This document shows positions 1 through 9,894 of a DNA stretch of 64,000 bases, in pieces. Location: NCBI GenBank assembly GCA_963842085.1, contig CAWJET010000001.1, positions 224,001 through 288,000 on the forward strand, read 5' to 3'. Source of the stretch: an uncultured delta proteobacterium. Lineage in GTDB: Bacteria; Desulfobacterota; Binatia; Binatales; Binataceae. Made by a program: the position numbers and the translations under genes. The first letter of the stretch is position 1. Every line of letters starts with the position of its first letter. The notes under the pieces were generated by a model that did not search any database, was not told the origin of the DNA, and saw only the letters and a program-made list of their open reading frames with translations.

Positions 1-253
1 CGCGCCATCGCTTGAGCAGCAGCGCCGGTTCGCGAATCGCCTCGTCGTCGGCGATGTCGTCGATGAATCGGCAGAATGCATAAACCGCGTGCAGCGCGCG
101 GCGCCGCTCGGGCGGCAGCAGAATGAACGCGTAGTAAAAGCTTGACCGCGAGCGCCGCGTGATTTGCGCGCAGCGTTCGTAGTCGGCCTCGAGCGATGCG
201 ACGCCGCGGCCGGCCGCCTCTTCGAAGCCGTCGGCGCTGCCGTCAGGCTTCAA
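1..253 (-). CDS. hpnD: Presqualene diphosphate synthase HpnD (5' part; runs off the window)
   Basis: Manual translation gives ...LEADYERCAQITRRSRSSFYYAFILLPPERRRALHAVYAFCRFIDDIADD, the squalene/phytoene synthase N-terminus with a DDxxD motif. Probable TTG start at 253 overlaps the hpnC stop. Confidence 0.85.
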   Translation of the reverse strand, partial: MKPDGSADGFEEAAGRGVASLEADYERCAQITRRSRSSFYYAFILLPPERRRALHAVYAFCRFIDDIADDEAIREPALLLKRWR

Positions 254-1169
254 GCCGGCCACGAATCGCACTCCATCCGAGTTTGAAGTAGTCGAGTGTC
301 CGCAATTCCGGACGCATCCGGAACACATCGTAGTTGACGCGCTCGAGCGCGCGCAGGATCGCCAGCCCGCCGCCCGCGAACATCACGATGTCGCGCCGCA
401 GGCGCTTGTCCACGCGCTGGTGCAGTTCTCCGCCTTCCACGAGCATCGCGCGCGCCACTTCGACTTCATAACGCATCAAGTCCACGAACTCGCGCGACGA
501 CGTATGCGCGGCCAGGTCCGCCGGCGTGACTCCGAATCGTTCCATGTCGCGCCGCGGAAGATAAACGCGCCCCTTGTCGAGGTCGACTGCAACGTCCTGC
601 CAGAAGTTGGCGAGCTGCAATCCGCTGCAGACCAGGTCCGACAGATGCTGTCGCTCGGCGTCACGATAACCGAACAGGTAAAGCACCAGCCGCCCGACCG
701 GATTGGCGGAGTAGCGCGAATAGCCGAGCAAATCGTCGAGCGTGTCGAAGCCGTGGAAGTCCACGTCGGAGCGAAACGCCGTCAGCAAATCCTTGAACGG
801 CTCGCGCGGAATTTCGAAGCGGCGCACTGTATCCGCCAGTGCAATAAATACCGGATGGCGCGGCGCGCCGACATACGCCAGATCGAGCTGGCGCTCCCAT
901 TCGTCGAGCATCGCGCGGTCGCGATGCTCGTCGGCAAAGTCATCGGCCATTCGCGCGTATGCGTAAATTGCATACATGTGCGGGCGCATCTGGCGCGGCA
1001 TCAGCCACGACGCGACCGTGAAATTTTCGTAGTGCGACTTCGCCAGCCGCGCGCAGAATTCGTACGCGCTCGCGACGTCGAACGTCCCCGCCGGCGTCGA
1101 TGCGTCGGGCACCGCGGTCGATGCGTACGACGTTGCTCCGCCCTGCACGTTGGCCCGCACGGTCGCCAT
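243..1169 (-). CDS. hpnC: Hydroxysqualene synthase HpnC
   Basis: HYENF-x-VAS signature, YAYARMADDFADE, YSANPVGRLVL and LQLANFWQD. Start moved to the ATG at 1169, just after the dxr stop. Confidence 0.92.
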   Translation of the reverse strand: MATVRANVQGGATSYASTAVPDASTPAGTFDVASAYEFCARLAKSHYENFTVASWLMPRQMRPHMYAIYAYARMADDFADEHRDRAMLDEWERQLDLAYVGAPRHPVFIALADTVRRFEIPREPFKDLLTAFRSDVDFHGFDTLDDLLGYSRYSANPVGRLVLYLFGYRDAERQHLSDLVCSGLQLANFWQDVAVDLDKGRVYLPRRDMERFGVTPADLAAHTSSREFVDLMRYEVEVARAMLVEGGELHQRVDKRLRRDIVMFAGGGLAILRALERVNYDVFRMRPELRTLDYFKLGWSAIRGRLEA

Positions 1170-1173
1170 CGTC

Positions 1174-2343
1174 TCAGGCCGCGACCGGTCGCACTCCGAT
1201 AAGTTGGCGCGCGGCGGCTCGGGCCCATCCATCGGTCTCGAGCAAATCTTCGATCGTTCGTGCCGGCGAATTGTGATGCCGTTGCATGACCGTCTCGATA
1301 TGCCGCGGGATGTCCATGAAACGCACGCGTCCCGCCAGAAAACCCGCGACGAGCTCCTCATTGGCGGCGTTGAGACACGCCGTCATCGTGTTGCCCGCCG
1401 CGAGCGCGTCGTACGCCAGCCGCAGACACGGGAAGCGCTTCAGGTCAGGCTCTTCAAAAGTCAGGCGCGAATTTTCCGCCAGCGACAGCGGCTTTAGATG
1501 CGTCATCGGCAGCCGCCGGGGATACGCCAGCGCGTACGCCACCGGGATCGCCATGTCGGGAATCGCCATCTCCGCGATCACCGAGCCGTCGATCATCTCG
1601 ACCATCGAATGGATCACGCTCTGCGGATGAATCACCACCGAGACCTCGCCGGCCTTGAGGTCGAACAGCCAGCGCGCCTCGATCACCTCGAGGCCCTTGT
1701 TCATCAGCGTCGCCGAATCGATCGTGATCTTGCTGCCCATCACCCAGGTCGGATGCTTCAGCGCCTGTTCGACGGTGATCGACTCAAACCTGTCGGCCGG
1801 CCACTCGCGAAACGGTCCGCCCGACGCGGTCAAAATAATCCGCTTCAACGACTCGCGCCCGCGTCCTTCCAGGCACTGAAAAACCGCGTTGTGCTCGCTG
1901 TCCACCGGCAGCAGCCGCACGCGATTCTCGCGCACCGCCGCGGTGATCAACTCGCCCGCAATGACCAGCACTTCCTTGTTGGCGAACGCGATGTCCTTGC
2001 CGGCTTTGATCGCGGCCAGCGTCGGCCGCAATCCCATCGCACCGACCAGCGCCGACATCACGAGCTTCGCTTGCGGATGCGTCGCGACGGCGATCGCGCC
2101 TTCGAGTCCGTGCACAATCGTCACGCGCTCCGCCCGGACGCGTGCCGCCAGTTCGCGCGCTAGTTCGGGCGTCGCCACCGACACCAGTTCGGGATGAAAG
2201 CGCGTCACCTGCTCGGTCAACAGATCGAGGTTGCGTCCGGCTGCCATCGCGACGACGCGAAAGCGGTCGGCGAATCGCCCGACCACGTCCAGCGTCGTGA
2301 CGCCGACCGATCCGGTCGAGCCGAGAATTGAAATCGCTTTCAC
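1174..2343 (-). CDS. dxr: 1-deoxy-D-xylulose 5-phosphate reductoisomerase
   Basis: LGSTGSVG, ANKE, LPVDSEH, LTASGGPF, HPTWVMGSKITIDSATLMNKGLE and NAANE. Confidence 0.97.
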   Translation of the reverse strand: MKAISILGSTGSVGVTTLDVVGRFADRFRVVAMAAGRNLDLLTEQVTRFHPELVSVATPELARELAARVRAERVTIVHGLEGAIAVATHPQAKLVMSALVGAMGLRPTLAAIKAGKDIAFANKEVLVIAGELITAAVRENRVRLLPVDSEHNAVFQCLEGRGRESLKRIILTASGGPFREWPADRFESITVEQALKHPTWVMGSKITIDSATLMNKGLEVIEARWLFDLKAGEVSVVIHPQSVIHSMVEMIDGSVIAEMAIPDMAIPVAYALAYPRRLPMTHLKPLSLAENSRLTFEEPDLKRFPCLRLAYDALAAGNTMTACLNAANEELVAGFLAGRVRFMDIPRHIETVMQRHHNSPARTIEDLLETDGWARAAARQLIGVRPVAA

Positions 2344-2353
2344 TGCAGCCTGT

Positions 2354-4312
2354 TCAGTGCGATGCGGTCTCCGCCATCCGCTTGCGGAATCGTCCCAGCG
2401 CCATCAGCGGAAAGTAATGCGGGTACAAGTAGTAGCGAAGATAGAAGTGGTTCGGAAAACCGTTGCCGGTGGACTCCCGCTCATCCCACGCGCCCTCGTC
2501 GTTCTGCCGCTCTGAGAGCCACTGCGCGCCGCGCATCGCGGGTTCGCTGATCCCCGACTCACCCGCGATCAATCCGATCAGCGCCCACGCCGTCTGCGAC
2601 GCGGTGCTGGTCCCGCGCCCGTGCCACGCCGGGTCTTTGTCCGATAACGGGCTCTCGCCCCAGCCGCCATCCGGGTTCTGCTTCGACTTGAGCCATGCGA
2701 CCGCGCGCTTGATCCACGGCTCGTTGATATCTACGCCGATCGCGCGCAGGCCCGACAGCGCCGAAAAAGTTCCATAGATATAGTTGATGCCCCAGCGTCC
2801 CCACCAGTCGCCGGCCGGCGACTGATTTTTTTTGAGCCATTCGATCGCGCGCCTCGCCACCGGATGTTCGGTGCGATAGCCCACCGCTCCCATCATCTCG
2901 AGCACGCGCCCGGTTAGATCGGGGCACGACGGATCGGTCACCGCTTCCACGTCCGCCAGCGGCAGCTGATTGAGCCAGGTCGAATCGTTGTCAGCGTCGA
3001 ACGCGGCAAAGCCGCCGTCGCTCGATTGCATCCCCATCACCCAGTTCGCGCCGGCCCGAATCGCGCGCTCCCTGGCAGCGGCATCATCAGCCGTCGCGTC
3101 TGCCATCACCGACAGGATCACCGCCGAATCGTCCACGTCGGGATACCAGTCGTTGTAAAACTCGAAGGCCCAGCCGCCCGGCTCGAGCGCGGGCCGCTTC
3201 ACCGACCAATCGCCCTTCTTGAAAATCTGATGATCGATAAGCCATTGCGACGTTTGCTTGAGCGCCGGATGGTCGCCCGGCAATCCCGAGTCGAGCAGCG
3301 CCCGGCCCGCGAGCCCCGTATCCCAGTTGACCGAGACGCAGGGCATGTACATGTCGTAGTCATTGAAATGCCAAATCAGTTCCCGCGACGCCTCGATCGC
3401 TCTCTTCAGCACCGGATGGTCGTTGCGGTAGCCGTTGGCTTTCAGAGCCATCGCGCTCAGTAGGTAGCACGGCTCGATTCCGCCCCACGAGCCGTTCGCA
3501 TCCTGATGCTCGAGGAGCCATTCTTCGGTGTGGCGCAGCGCGCGCGCGCGCAGCGATTTTATTTTGTGCCGATCGTACAAGCGCAGCGCCTTGTCGGCGA
3601 GGTTCAGGGCGTTGCGCAGCGACAGCAATTTGTTTCCGCGCGGCTGCTTGAACTTCGTGAAATGCGGCGGCTCGATGTACAGCTCGAGTATCCCGCGCTG
3701 GTAGTCGATCTTTTTTTCCGGACGCGCCGCCTGCAGCATCATCAGTCCCATCAGCGTTCCGCGCGCCCATGAACCCAGCTCATAGATGTTGAACGGGAAC
3801 CAGTTCGGAAAAAGCGCGATCTCGACCGGCAGCGCGGCGGTCGCCTCCCAGGTTATCTGCCCCATCGCGGCCAGATAAAAGCGCGCGAGCGTGCCGCACT
3901 TGACGATGCCGCCCTTCGACAGGATCCAGCGCCGGGCCGCAGCCAGCGGCTCGTCACCCGCGCGCATGCCGGTGAGCTTGAGCGCAAAGTAACTTTCGAT
4001 CGTCGTCGACAGATACCCCTCGCCGCCCTGGTAAAGCGCCCAGCTTCCGTCCGGACTCTGAGTATCCAGCAGATGCTTCCTCAGGCGCGCCTCGAGTTCG
4101 ACGTCAACCGTGTCCATAAAGTGGTTGAAGATGATGAACTCGGCGTTCATCTCCGCGTTCGCCTCGAGCGGCGCGTGCCAGTAGCCCTCGGGCTTCTGCA
4201 GCGCCAGCAGCGCGCGCTGCGCGCGATCGACGGTGTAATCAATCCTGGCGACGAACTCGTCATGCGGCGACATCGCAATCGCGGCGTTTCCAATTTCAAT
4301 TGCCTGACTCAT
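2354..4312 (-). CDS. shc: Squalene-hopene cyclase
   Basis: Catalytic YPDVDDSA (DxDD), several QW repeats (QSPDGSW, QDANGSW, QNPDGGWGE, QNDEGAW), WWGRWGINYIYGT and C-terminal FYLRYYLYPHYFP. Confidence 0.96.
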   Translation of the reverse strand: MSQAIEIGNAAIAMSPHDEFVARIDYTVDRAQRALLALQKPEGYWHAPLEANAEMNAEFIIFNHFMDTVDVELEARLRKHLLDTQSPDGSWALYQGGEGYLSTTIESYFALKLTGMRAGDEPLAAARRWILSKGGIVKCGTLARFYLAAMGQITWEATAALPVEIALFPNWFPFNIYELGSWARGTLMGLMMLQAARPEKKIDYQRGILELYIEPPHFTKFKQPRGNKLLSLRNALNLADKALRLYDRHKIKSLRARALRHTEEWLLEHQDANGSWGGIEPCYLLSAMALKANGYRNDHPVLKRAIEASRELIWHFNDYDMYMPCVSVNWDTGLAGRALLDSGLPGDHPALKQTSQWLIDHQIFKKGDWSVKRPALEPGGWAFEFYNDWYPDVDDSAVILSVMADATADDAAARERAIRAGANWVMGMQSSDGGFAAFDADNDSTWLNQLPLADVEAVTDPSCPDLTGRVLEMMGAVGYRTEHPVARRAIEWLKKNQSPAGDWWGRWGINYIYGTFSALSGLRAIGVDINEPWIKRAVAWLKSKQNPDGGWGESPLSDKDPAWHGRGTSTASQTAWALIGLIAGESGISEPAMRGAQWLSERQNDEGAWDERESTGNGFPNHFYLRYYLYPHYFPLMALGRFRKRMAETASH

Positions 4313-4376
4313 ATCTCACCTTCGCCCGGACTCAGCCCGCGCTGAGCGGAGTTCCGCCGCGACCTCAGCGTATCCG

Positions 4377-5444
4377 CTATGGTATCACGGCGCACTTCAG
4401 AACAGCGCCGCGCTCCAGCATCTCAAACACTTGCGCCAATTCGCCAAGCCGCATCCGCGCATTGACGATCGCACCGGCATTCAGCGCGCGCCCGGCCAGC
4501 AATTCGTAAGCGCGCCGCACGTCACGCGGCCGGAAATGAAACGGCGCCATCAACGTCAGATTGTCGTAATGCATCAGCCGCGTATCGACGCTCAGTGCCG
4601 TGCCCGCCGGACATCCGCCAAAGAAAACCACCCGGCCCCCGCGCCGCACCCGCGCCAGCGCGTCCTGCCATCCCCCGACCTGCCCGGTGCACTCGATCAC
4701 CAGGTCGGGACCAAAGCCGCCGTTGAGCCGCGCGATTTCCGCGGCCGCGTCGGCGTTGTGCGCATCGATCACCCGGTCCGCGCCCATCTCCGCCGCCCAC
4801 TTCAGGCGCTGGGCGCCGCGCCCGACGACCGCTACCTCGCGCACGCCTGCCGCTTTCAGCACGAGCATGTGCAGGAGGCCGAACGCGCCGCCGCCGAGGA
4901 TCACCACCGTCTCGTCCTTTTCGGGACGCGCCATTTCATTCGCGTGAACCACGCACGAGAGCGGCTCCAGCAGCGCGGCTTCTTCGAACGGCAGCTCCGC
5001 GGGTTTGATAAACGTGTTGAGCGCGACGACGTGCGCCGGCAGCAGCAGCACGTCCGCGTAGGCGCCGTGCACCATTCGCCCGACCGCATCATCGCAAAGA
5101 TTTTCCTGGCGGTGCTGGCAGTAGAAACAGATCCCGCACGGCGCGGTCGGCGCCGACATGATTTCGTCGCCGGCCTTGAACGCGGTCACGCCCTCGCCCG
5201 CTTCCACCACCACGCCCGAAAACTCGTGCCCGAAAGGCATTGGAAGTTTCCACATCGGATGCCCGCGCCGATAGGTCTTCAGATCGGTGCCGCAACTGAG
5301 CGCGCACTTTATTTGAATCAGCAGTTCGCCGGGACCGGGGCGCGGAGCGACGTAGTCGCGCAGCTCGAAGCACCCCGGCTCGACCAGCACGGCCTGGCGC
5401 GAATGCGTCCGCGTAATCTGCACCGCCGCTTCAGCCGCGCTCAC
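4377..5444 (-). CDS. Zinc-dependent (MDR, sorbitol/threonine dehydrogenase-like) alcohol dehydrogenase
   Basis: CGTD and GHE catalytic Zn ligands, structural Zn CGICFYC...LC, EPLSC and GGGAFG Rossmann loop. Overlaps ispA by 4 nt. Confidence 0.9.
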   Translation of the reverse strand: MSAAEAAVQITRTHSRQAVLVEPGCFELRDYVAPRPGPGELLIQIKCALSCGTDLKTYRRGHPMWKLPMPFGHEFSGVVVEAGEGVTAFKAGDEIMSAPTAPCGICFYCQHRQENLCDDAVGRMVHGAYADVLLLPAHVVALNTFIKPAELPFEEAALLEPLSCVVHANEMARPEKDETVVILGGGAFGLLHMLVLKAAGVREVAVVGRGAQRLKWAAEMGADRVIDAHNADAAAEIARLNGGFGPDLVIECTGQVGGWQDALARVRRGGRVVFFGGCPAGTALSVDTRLMHYDNLTLMAPFHFRPRDVRRAYELLAGRALNAGAIVNARMRLGELAQVFEMLERGAVLKCAVIP

Positions 5445-6331
5445 AATTTACGCTCCACGACGAAGGTTGCGAGATGCCGCAGCGCGTCGGCGCGATCTCC
5501 GAAGCCTTGCAGCGCGCGATGCGCTCGCGTCTCCAGCTCGCGCGCTAAATCCATCGAACGCTCGACTCCCAGTATCGCCGGATAGGTCGCCTTGCCGCGC
5601 GCGAAGTCCTTTTGCGTGCGCTTGCCCATCTGCTCAGGCGTGCCCTGAACGTCCAGCAGGTCATCGACCACCTGGAACGCCAGTCCGAGCGCGCGCGCGT
5701 ATGCGTCAAGCGACTCGATCTGCGACGCGGTCGCGCCGCCCAGACGCGCTCCGCCGCGCACCGACGCCAGGAACAGCGCCCCGGTTTTCTTGCCGTGCAG
5801 TTCTTCGAGTTCCTCGACCGTCTTCGACTTGCCTTCGCCCAGTAGATCGATCACCTGCCCCGCAACCATCCCGCTCGAGCCCGCCGCGGTGGCGAGCTCC
5901 GCGACGGTTTCCAGCACGAGTCCCGGCGACGCGCTACCCTCCGCCGAGAGCGCGAGCACTTTGAATGCGTCGGTAAGCAGAGCGTCGCCCGCAAGCGTAG
6001 CGAGCGCTTCGCCATAAACTTTATGATTGGTCGGGCGCCCGCGCCGCAGGTCGTCGTCGTCCATGCACGGCAGGTCGTCGTGAATCAGCGAGTAGGTGTG
6101 AATCATCTCGACCGCGCATGCGAGACCCATCGCCGCCTCGACCTTGCCGCCAACCGCCTCGCACGACGCGAGCACGAGCACCGGCCGCAGCCGCTTGCCG
6201 CCCGCCAGCAGCGAGTAGCGCATCGCTTCATGCAATCGCGCCGACGCGCCCGCGCCTTCGGCGACACTGTGCGCGAGCGCCCGTTCAATCGTCTGAGCGC
6301 GCTCCTTCAAGTAGCTGTGCAGGTCGAACAC
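5441..6331 (-). CDS. ispA: Farnesyl diphosphate synthase / polyprenyl synthetase
   Basis: GGKRLRP, HTYSLIHDDLPCMDDDDLRRGRPTNH, KTGALF and FQVVDDLLD. Confidence 0.92.
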   Translation of the reverse strand: MFDLHSYLKERAQTIERALAHSVAEGAGASARLHEAMRYSLLAGGKRLRPVLVLASCEAVGGKVEAAMGLACAVEMIHTYSLIHDDLPCMDDDDLRRGRPTNHKVYGEALATLAGDALLTDAFKVLALSAEGSASPGLVLETVAELATAAGSSGMVAGQVIDLLGEGKSKTVEELEELHGKKTGALFLASVRGGARLGGATASQIESLDAYARALGLAFQVVDDLLDVQGTPEQMGKRTQKDFARGKATYPAILGVERSMDLARELETRAHRALQGFGDRADALRHLATFVVERKL

Positions 6332-6467
6332 GTTTCGTTTCTCTTTTCCGGATGCCGCCAGCGCATCCTCGACGGGACCTTTTCCCGCGCGCGATTTATT
6401 CCCTCCGACGCCAGGACGGTTCGCGCGTCAGCTGCGTGCGAGCGCTCTGCGTCGCGCCCGCAATTCC

Positions 6468-7472
6468 TCACGCCACGTAATGCCGCACCATGCGCCACGA
6501 GTCCTTGAGATTCTTGCCGAACTCGAGCGCCACGGTGCCTTCGAATCCCGAATGCAGCTTGCAGTCGCGACAGCGGAAATCCTGCTTGGTGCGATAGTAT
6601 TCCCAGTCCGTCGCCGCATGCATCTCGTCGAGCGTCTTGTAATGCCCGTTGGTGATCAGGTAGCACGGCCCCTTCCATCCTTGCGGATTGCGCGTCACCG
6701 TAGTCCACGGACTGCACTGCATCTCGCGCTTGCCGACCAGGTAGTCCAGGTAGATCGGCGTGTTGATTATCTTGTAGTCGTTCGCCATGTCGCGAACCTT
6801 GATGAACTTGGCCGGCATCTCCTCTTTCTTCAGATACTCTTCGTCGTTCTGCAGCACCTGGTAGTGATAGCCGGGGCTCAGCAGCATCCCGTCGACGCCG
6901 AGGCTCGTCAGGTACTTGATCATGTTCTCGAGCTCTTCGCCGCTGGTCTCGCGGAAGACCGTCGTGTTGGTCTGCACGCGGTAGCCCTTGTCCTTCAGCA
7001 TCTTGATCATCCTGACGACGATGTCGAAATGCCCCTGCCGGTCGGTCACGCGATCGTTGGTCTCGCGCATCCCGTCCAGGTGCAGGTTGAAGCTGAGATA
7101 GGGGCTCGGCCCCACCTGCTTGACGAAGCGCTCGAGCAGGATCGCGTTGGTGCAGATCATCACGTGACGCTTCTGATCCTCGATCAACCCGCGCGTCAGC
7201 GCCGCGATGTGCTTGTACATCAGCGGCTCGCCGCCGCAGATCGACACAATCGGCGCACCCGCCTCCTCGGCCGAGTGCAGCGCCTCGTCCAGCGGCATCA
7301 TGTCGCGAATCGTGTCCTTGTACTCGACGATTCGCCCGCATCCGATACACGCCAGGTTGCACGCATGCAGCGGCTCGAGCATCAGCACCAGCGGAAAATA
7401 TTTCTCGCCCGCCCGCTTCTTCGCGCGGATGTAGCGGCCCAGGTCGATCATCTGTCTCAGCGGAATGCGCAT
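6468..7472 (-). CDS. hpnH: Adenosylhopane synthase, radical SAM HpnH
   Basis: PLVLMLEPLHACNLACIGCG (CxxxCxxC), GAPIVSICGGEPL and C-terminal CRDCKLHSGFE. Start moved to the ATG at 7472. Confidence 0.9.
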   Translation of the reverse strand: MRIPLRQMIDLGRYIRAKKRAGEKYFPLVLMLEPLHACNLACIGCGRIVEYKDTIRDMMPLDEALHSAEEAGAPIVSICGGEPLMYKHIAALTRGLIEDQKRHVMICTNAILLERFVKQVGPSPYLSFNLHLDGMRETNDRVTDRQGHFDIVVRMIKMLKDKGYRVQTNTTVFRETSGEELENMIKYLTSLGVDGMLLSPGYHYQVLQNDEEYLKKEEMPAKFIKVRDMANDYKIINTPIYLDYLVGKREMQCSPWTTVTRNPQGWKGPCYLITNGHYKTLDEMHAATDWEYYRTKQDFRCRDCKLHSGFEGTVALEFGKNLKDSWRMVRHYVA

Positions 7473-7512
7473 GCTCGTGCGTTCTCCTGCAAGTCGAAGG
7501 TGAAGAAAAAAG

Positions 7513-8172
7513 TCAGGCGGACGGTGCGCCGCCCTCCGATGTAGATGTCCCCGACGGACCGAACAACCACTCACCCACCATCGCCACCGCCCCTTCGGGG
7601 TCAATCGCGTTCGCACCCATAAACAGGTATTCGATCAGCAATCCGTTCAGCGCCGACAGCAGGAACGCCGCCGCCGATTCCGGCGCCGTCCGCCGCGTGC
7701 AGATTCCCTTTTGCTGCGCGCTGGCGATCAGCTCGACCAGCATCGCGCGATATCCGCTGTAGAGCTTGAGCACCTGGTCGTTGAGGCTTTCGGAGAGCTT
7801 CTGGTCGTGGAGCATCTGCGCCAGGAAGAAACGGACCGAGCTGGCGTTGTCGCGCACAAACGACAGGTACGACTCGACCAGCTTCTGGATCTGCGCGCGC
7901 TCGTCCATCACCGACGCTTCTTCGGCAAAGTCGATAAAGTACGGCTCGAGCAGCCGGTTCAGCACCGCCACGAACAACTCTTCCTTGGTTTTGAAGTGCC
8001 AGAAAATAAGCGCCTTGCTGACTCGCGCCTCGCGCGCCACGTCCGACATCGACGTCTCATGGAACCCGCGATTGGCAAATAGCTGCATCGCAGCCTTAAG
8101 GATTTCGTCGCGCGAATCCTGCGATTGCACCCTCGCCTCCGACGCGCCCACTTTGACCTGCGATACGCCCAT
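7513..8172 (-). CDS. TetR/AcrR family transcriptional regulator
   Basis: HTH: ILKAAMQLFANRGFHETSMSDVAREARVSKALIFWHFKTKEELF. An alternative start lies at 8214. Confidence 0.93.
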   Translation of the reverse strand: MGVSQVKVGASEARVQSQDSRDEILKAAMQLFANRGFHETSMSDVAREARVSKALIFWHFKTKEELFVAVLNRLLEPYFIDFAEEASVMDERAQIQKLVESYLSFVRDNASSVRFFLAQMLHDQKLSESLNDQVLKLYSGYRAMLVELIASAQQKGICTRRTAPESAAAFLLSALNGLLIEYLFMGANAIDPEGAVAMVGEWLFGPSGTSTSEGGAPSA

Positions 8173-8272
8173 ATTTCGGCCCCGACGCCCCGCTCTGCTC
8201 CTGTCGTCGCCCATGGCAACGTGAACCGCAGCCTGTTAGTCGAGCCGCCATCTTCCGGTCACAAAAAGCGGC

Positions 8273-8286
8273 TAACCTTTCGGTCA
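8273..8286. promoter_or_regulatory. Candidate TetR operator (imperfect palindrome TAACC-TTTC-GGTCA)
   Basis: Imperfect inverted repeat upstream of tetR. Further CGGTCA half-sites at 8256, 8337 and 8345, and GACCG-N6-CGGTC at 8326-8341. Confidence 0.4.
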
Positions 8287-8401
8287 ATGAAAACATTAGC
8301 GTCACATTCTTGGAAGTTCAAGAGCGACCGTCCGAGCGGTCAGTCGGTCAGAGCGAGAGAGAATGCCTTCCCGCGAGGCATCGCCAGCTAACTATCTAAT
8401 T

Positions 8402-9433
8402 TTAGTGGATATTTATCTCGATACCGCTGTTGATAGACGATTGCCGCGCCGCCTGGATTAGCATTAGTGCAACACGCGCCTGGGCCAGGTTGCGCTTGGA
8501 TGCGGGCGAATTGGTTCCTTCGGAGACAGCTCCCTCGAACTCCTCTGCCACGCCGCCGAACCACGCCGAATGGTACGAGTCGTCGGCCATGTCCGCTATG
8601 GACAGGTCCTCAGCTTTCCCTGACCGATCAGTACACGTCACCCGATCCCCTTCAATCTCGATAGATGCGTGCTCTCCGTAGATGAGCGCAGAGGTCCGCC
8701 GCACTGGAGCGCGCCACGAAAGATGCGCCCGACAGACTGCTCCGTTCCCGAACCTGATTCGCACGTCGGCCACATCGTCAACGTTCGCGCCCGCCGGCGA
8801 CTCGAGCCGCGCTGAAACCGACACCGGCGGGTCGCCACCCAGCAGCCAATACATGAGGTAGAAGACGTGCCATCCGTGATCGATAAGAATCCCCCCACCC
8901 GACGCCGACGACGCACGCCACTCGCCACCGCTGCCGCCCGCGCCCGCAGGTTCGGTGCGCAGCCGATCGAGCGACATGAAGCGAATCGCGCCCAGCCTCC
9001 CGTCTTCGATCGCCGTGCGCGCCGCCGCATACGCAGGCGCGTACTTCCAGTTGTGCACGCACATCAGCACCCGCCGCTTCTCCGCTGCCAGCGCCGCCAG
9101 TTCATCGAATTCTCCAAGCGAAAGCGCAAGCGGCTTCTCGACCAGCACATGCGTCCCAGCCAGCAGCGCCGCGCGCGCTGCCCCGTGATGCAACCCCGGA
9201 GGACTGGCAACATCCACAAAATCCGGAGCCTCACCGTCGAGCATCAGCTCGAGGTCGTCATACACCCGAACATTCTTGATCAGCCGGATAGCCTCATGCC
9301 GCCGCTCGGAAACCGGATCGTGAATAGCTCCGATCGCAACATTCTCCCGCGTGCGCCATCCAGCCAGATGCGCCCGCGCGGCAACCTCGCCAAATCCCGA
9401 AATAGCGCCTCGCAGTTTTGTCCGACTAGCCAT
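8402..9433 (-). CDS. Gfo/Idh/MocA family oxidoreductase
   Basis: GFGEVA Rossmann loop, HVLVEKP and GGGILIDHGWH. Confidence 0.9.
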   Translation of the reverse strand: MASRTKLRGAISGFGEVAARAHLAGWRTRENVAIGAIHDPVSERRHEAIRLIKNVRVYDDLELMLDGEAPDFVDVASPPGLHHGAARAALLAGTHVLVEKPLALSLGEFDELAALAAEKRRVLMCVHNWKYAPAYAAARTAIEDGRLGAIRFMSLDRLRTEPAGAGGSGGEWRASSASGGGILIDHGWHVFYLMYWLLGGDPPVSVSARLESPAGANVDDVADVRIRFGNGAVCRAHLSWRAPVRRTSALIYGEHASIEIEGDRVTCTDRSGKAEDLSIADMADDSYHSAWFGGVAEEFEGAVSEGTNSPASKRNLAQARVALMLIQAARQSSINSGIEINIH

Positions 9434-9631
9434 CAGCGCCGCTAAGTTTCAGCCAAACGTCCTTCGCCCGCAACCCGGACCGCAGCAGCAAGTCTGCGGT
9501 GCAGCGGAAACATGGCATCGACGCGGCAACAATTCCGCCTGGTTCATGCGTCAATCCTCAGAGATTCCCGGTGGCAGCGCTCTTGCTCTCTCCCCCAATG
9601 AACGCCCAACAACAGGGAGGACAGGCGAATA

Positions 9632-9871
9632 ATGTCCGCATGGATCATAATCGGACTTATCTCAGGATGGCTCGCCGGAAAAATCCTAAACGGCAACGGC
9701 TACGGCATGATGGCTGACATCGGGCTCGGCCTGCTCGGCGGCGTGATCGGAGGAATGATCTTCGCGGTGCTGGGCGTGCGCGCGCACAACTTCATCGGCG
9801 CCGTCCTGATGTCCACGGCAGGCGCAACCGCGTTGGTAGTCGCAACGAGAATAATCCGCGACGAGATCTGA
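9632..9871 (+). CDS. GlsB/YeaQ/YmgE (transglycosylase-associated) small membrane protein
   Basis: WIIIGLISGWLAGKIL...DIGLGLLGGVIGG; three hydrophobic glycine-rich helices; GGGAGG RBS upstream. Confidence 0.88.
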   Translation: MSAWIIIGLISGWLAGKILNGNGYGMMADIGLGLLGGVIGGMIFAVLGVRAHNFIGAVLMSTAGATALVVATRIIRDEI

Positions 9872-9894
9872 GAGCGGCCCCTATCCGCATCAAG

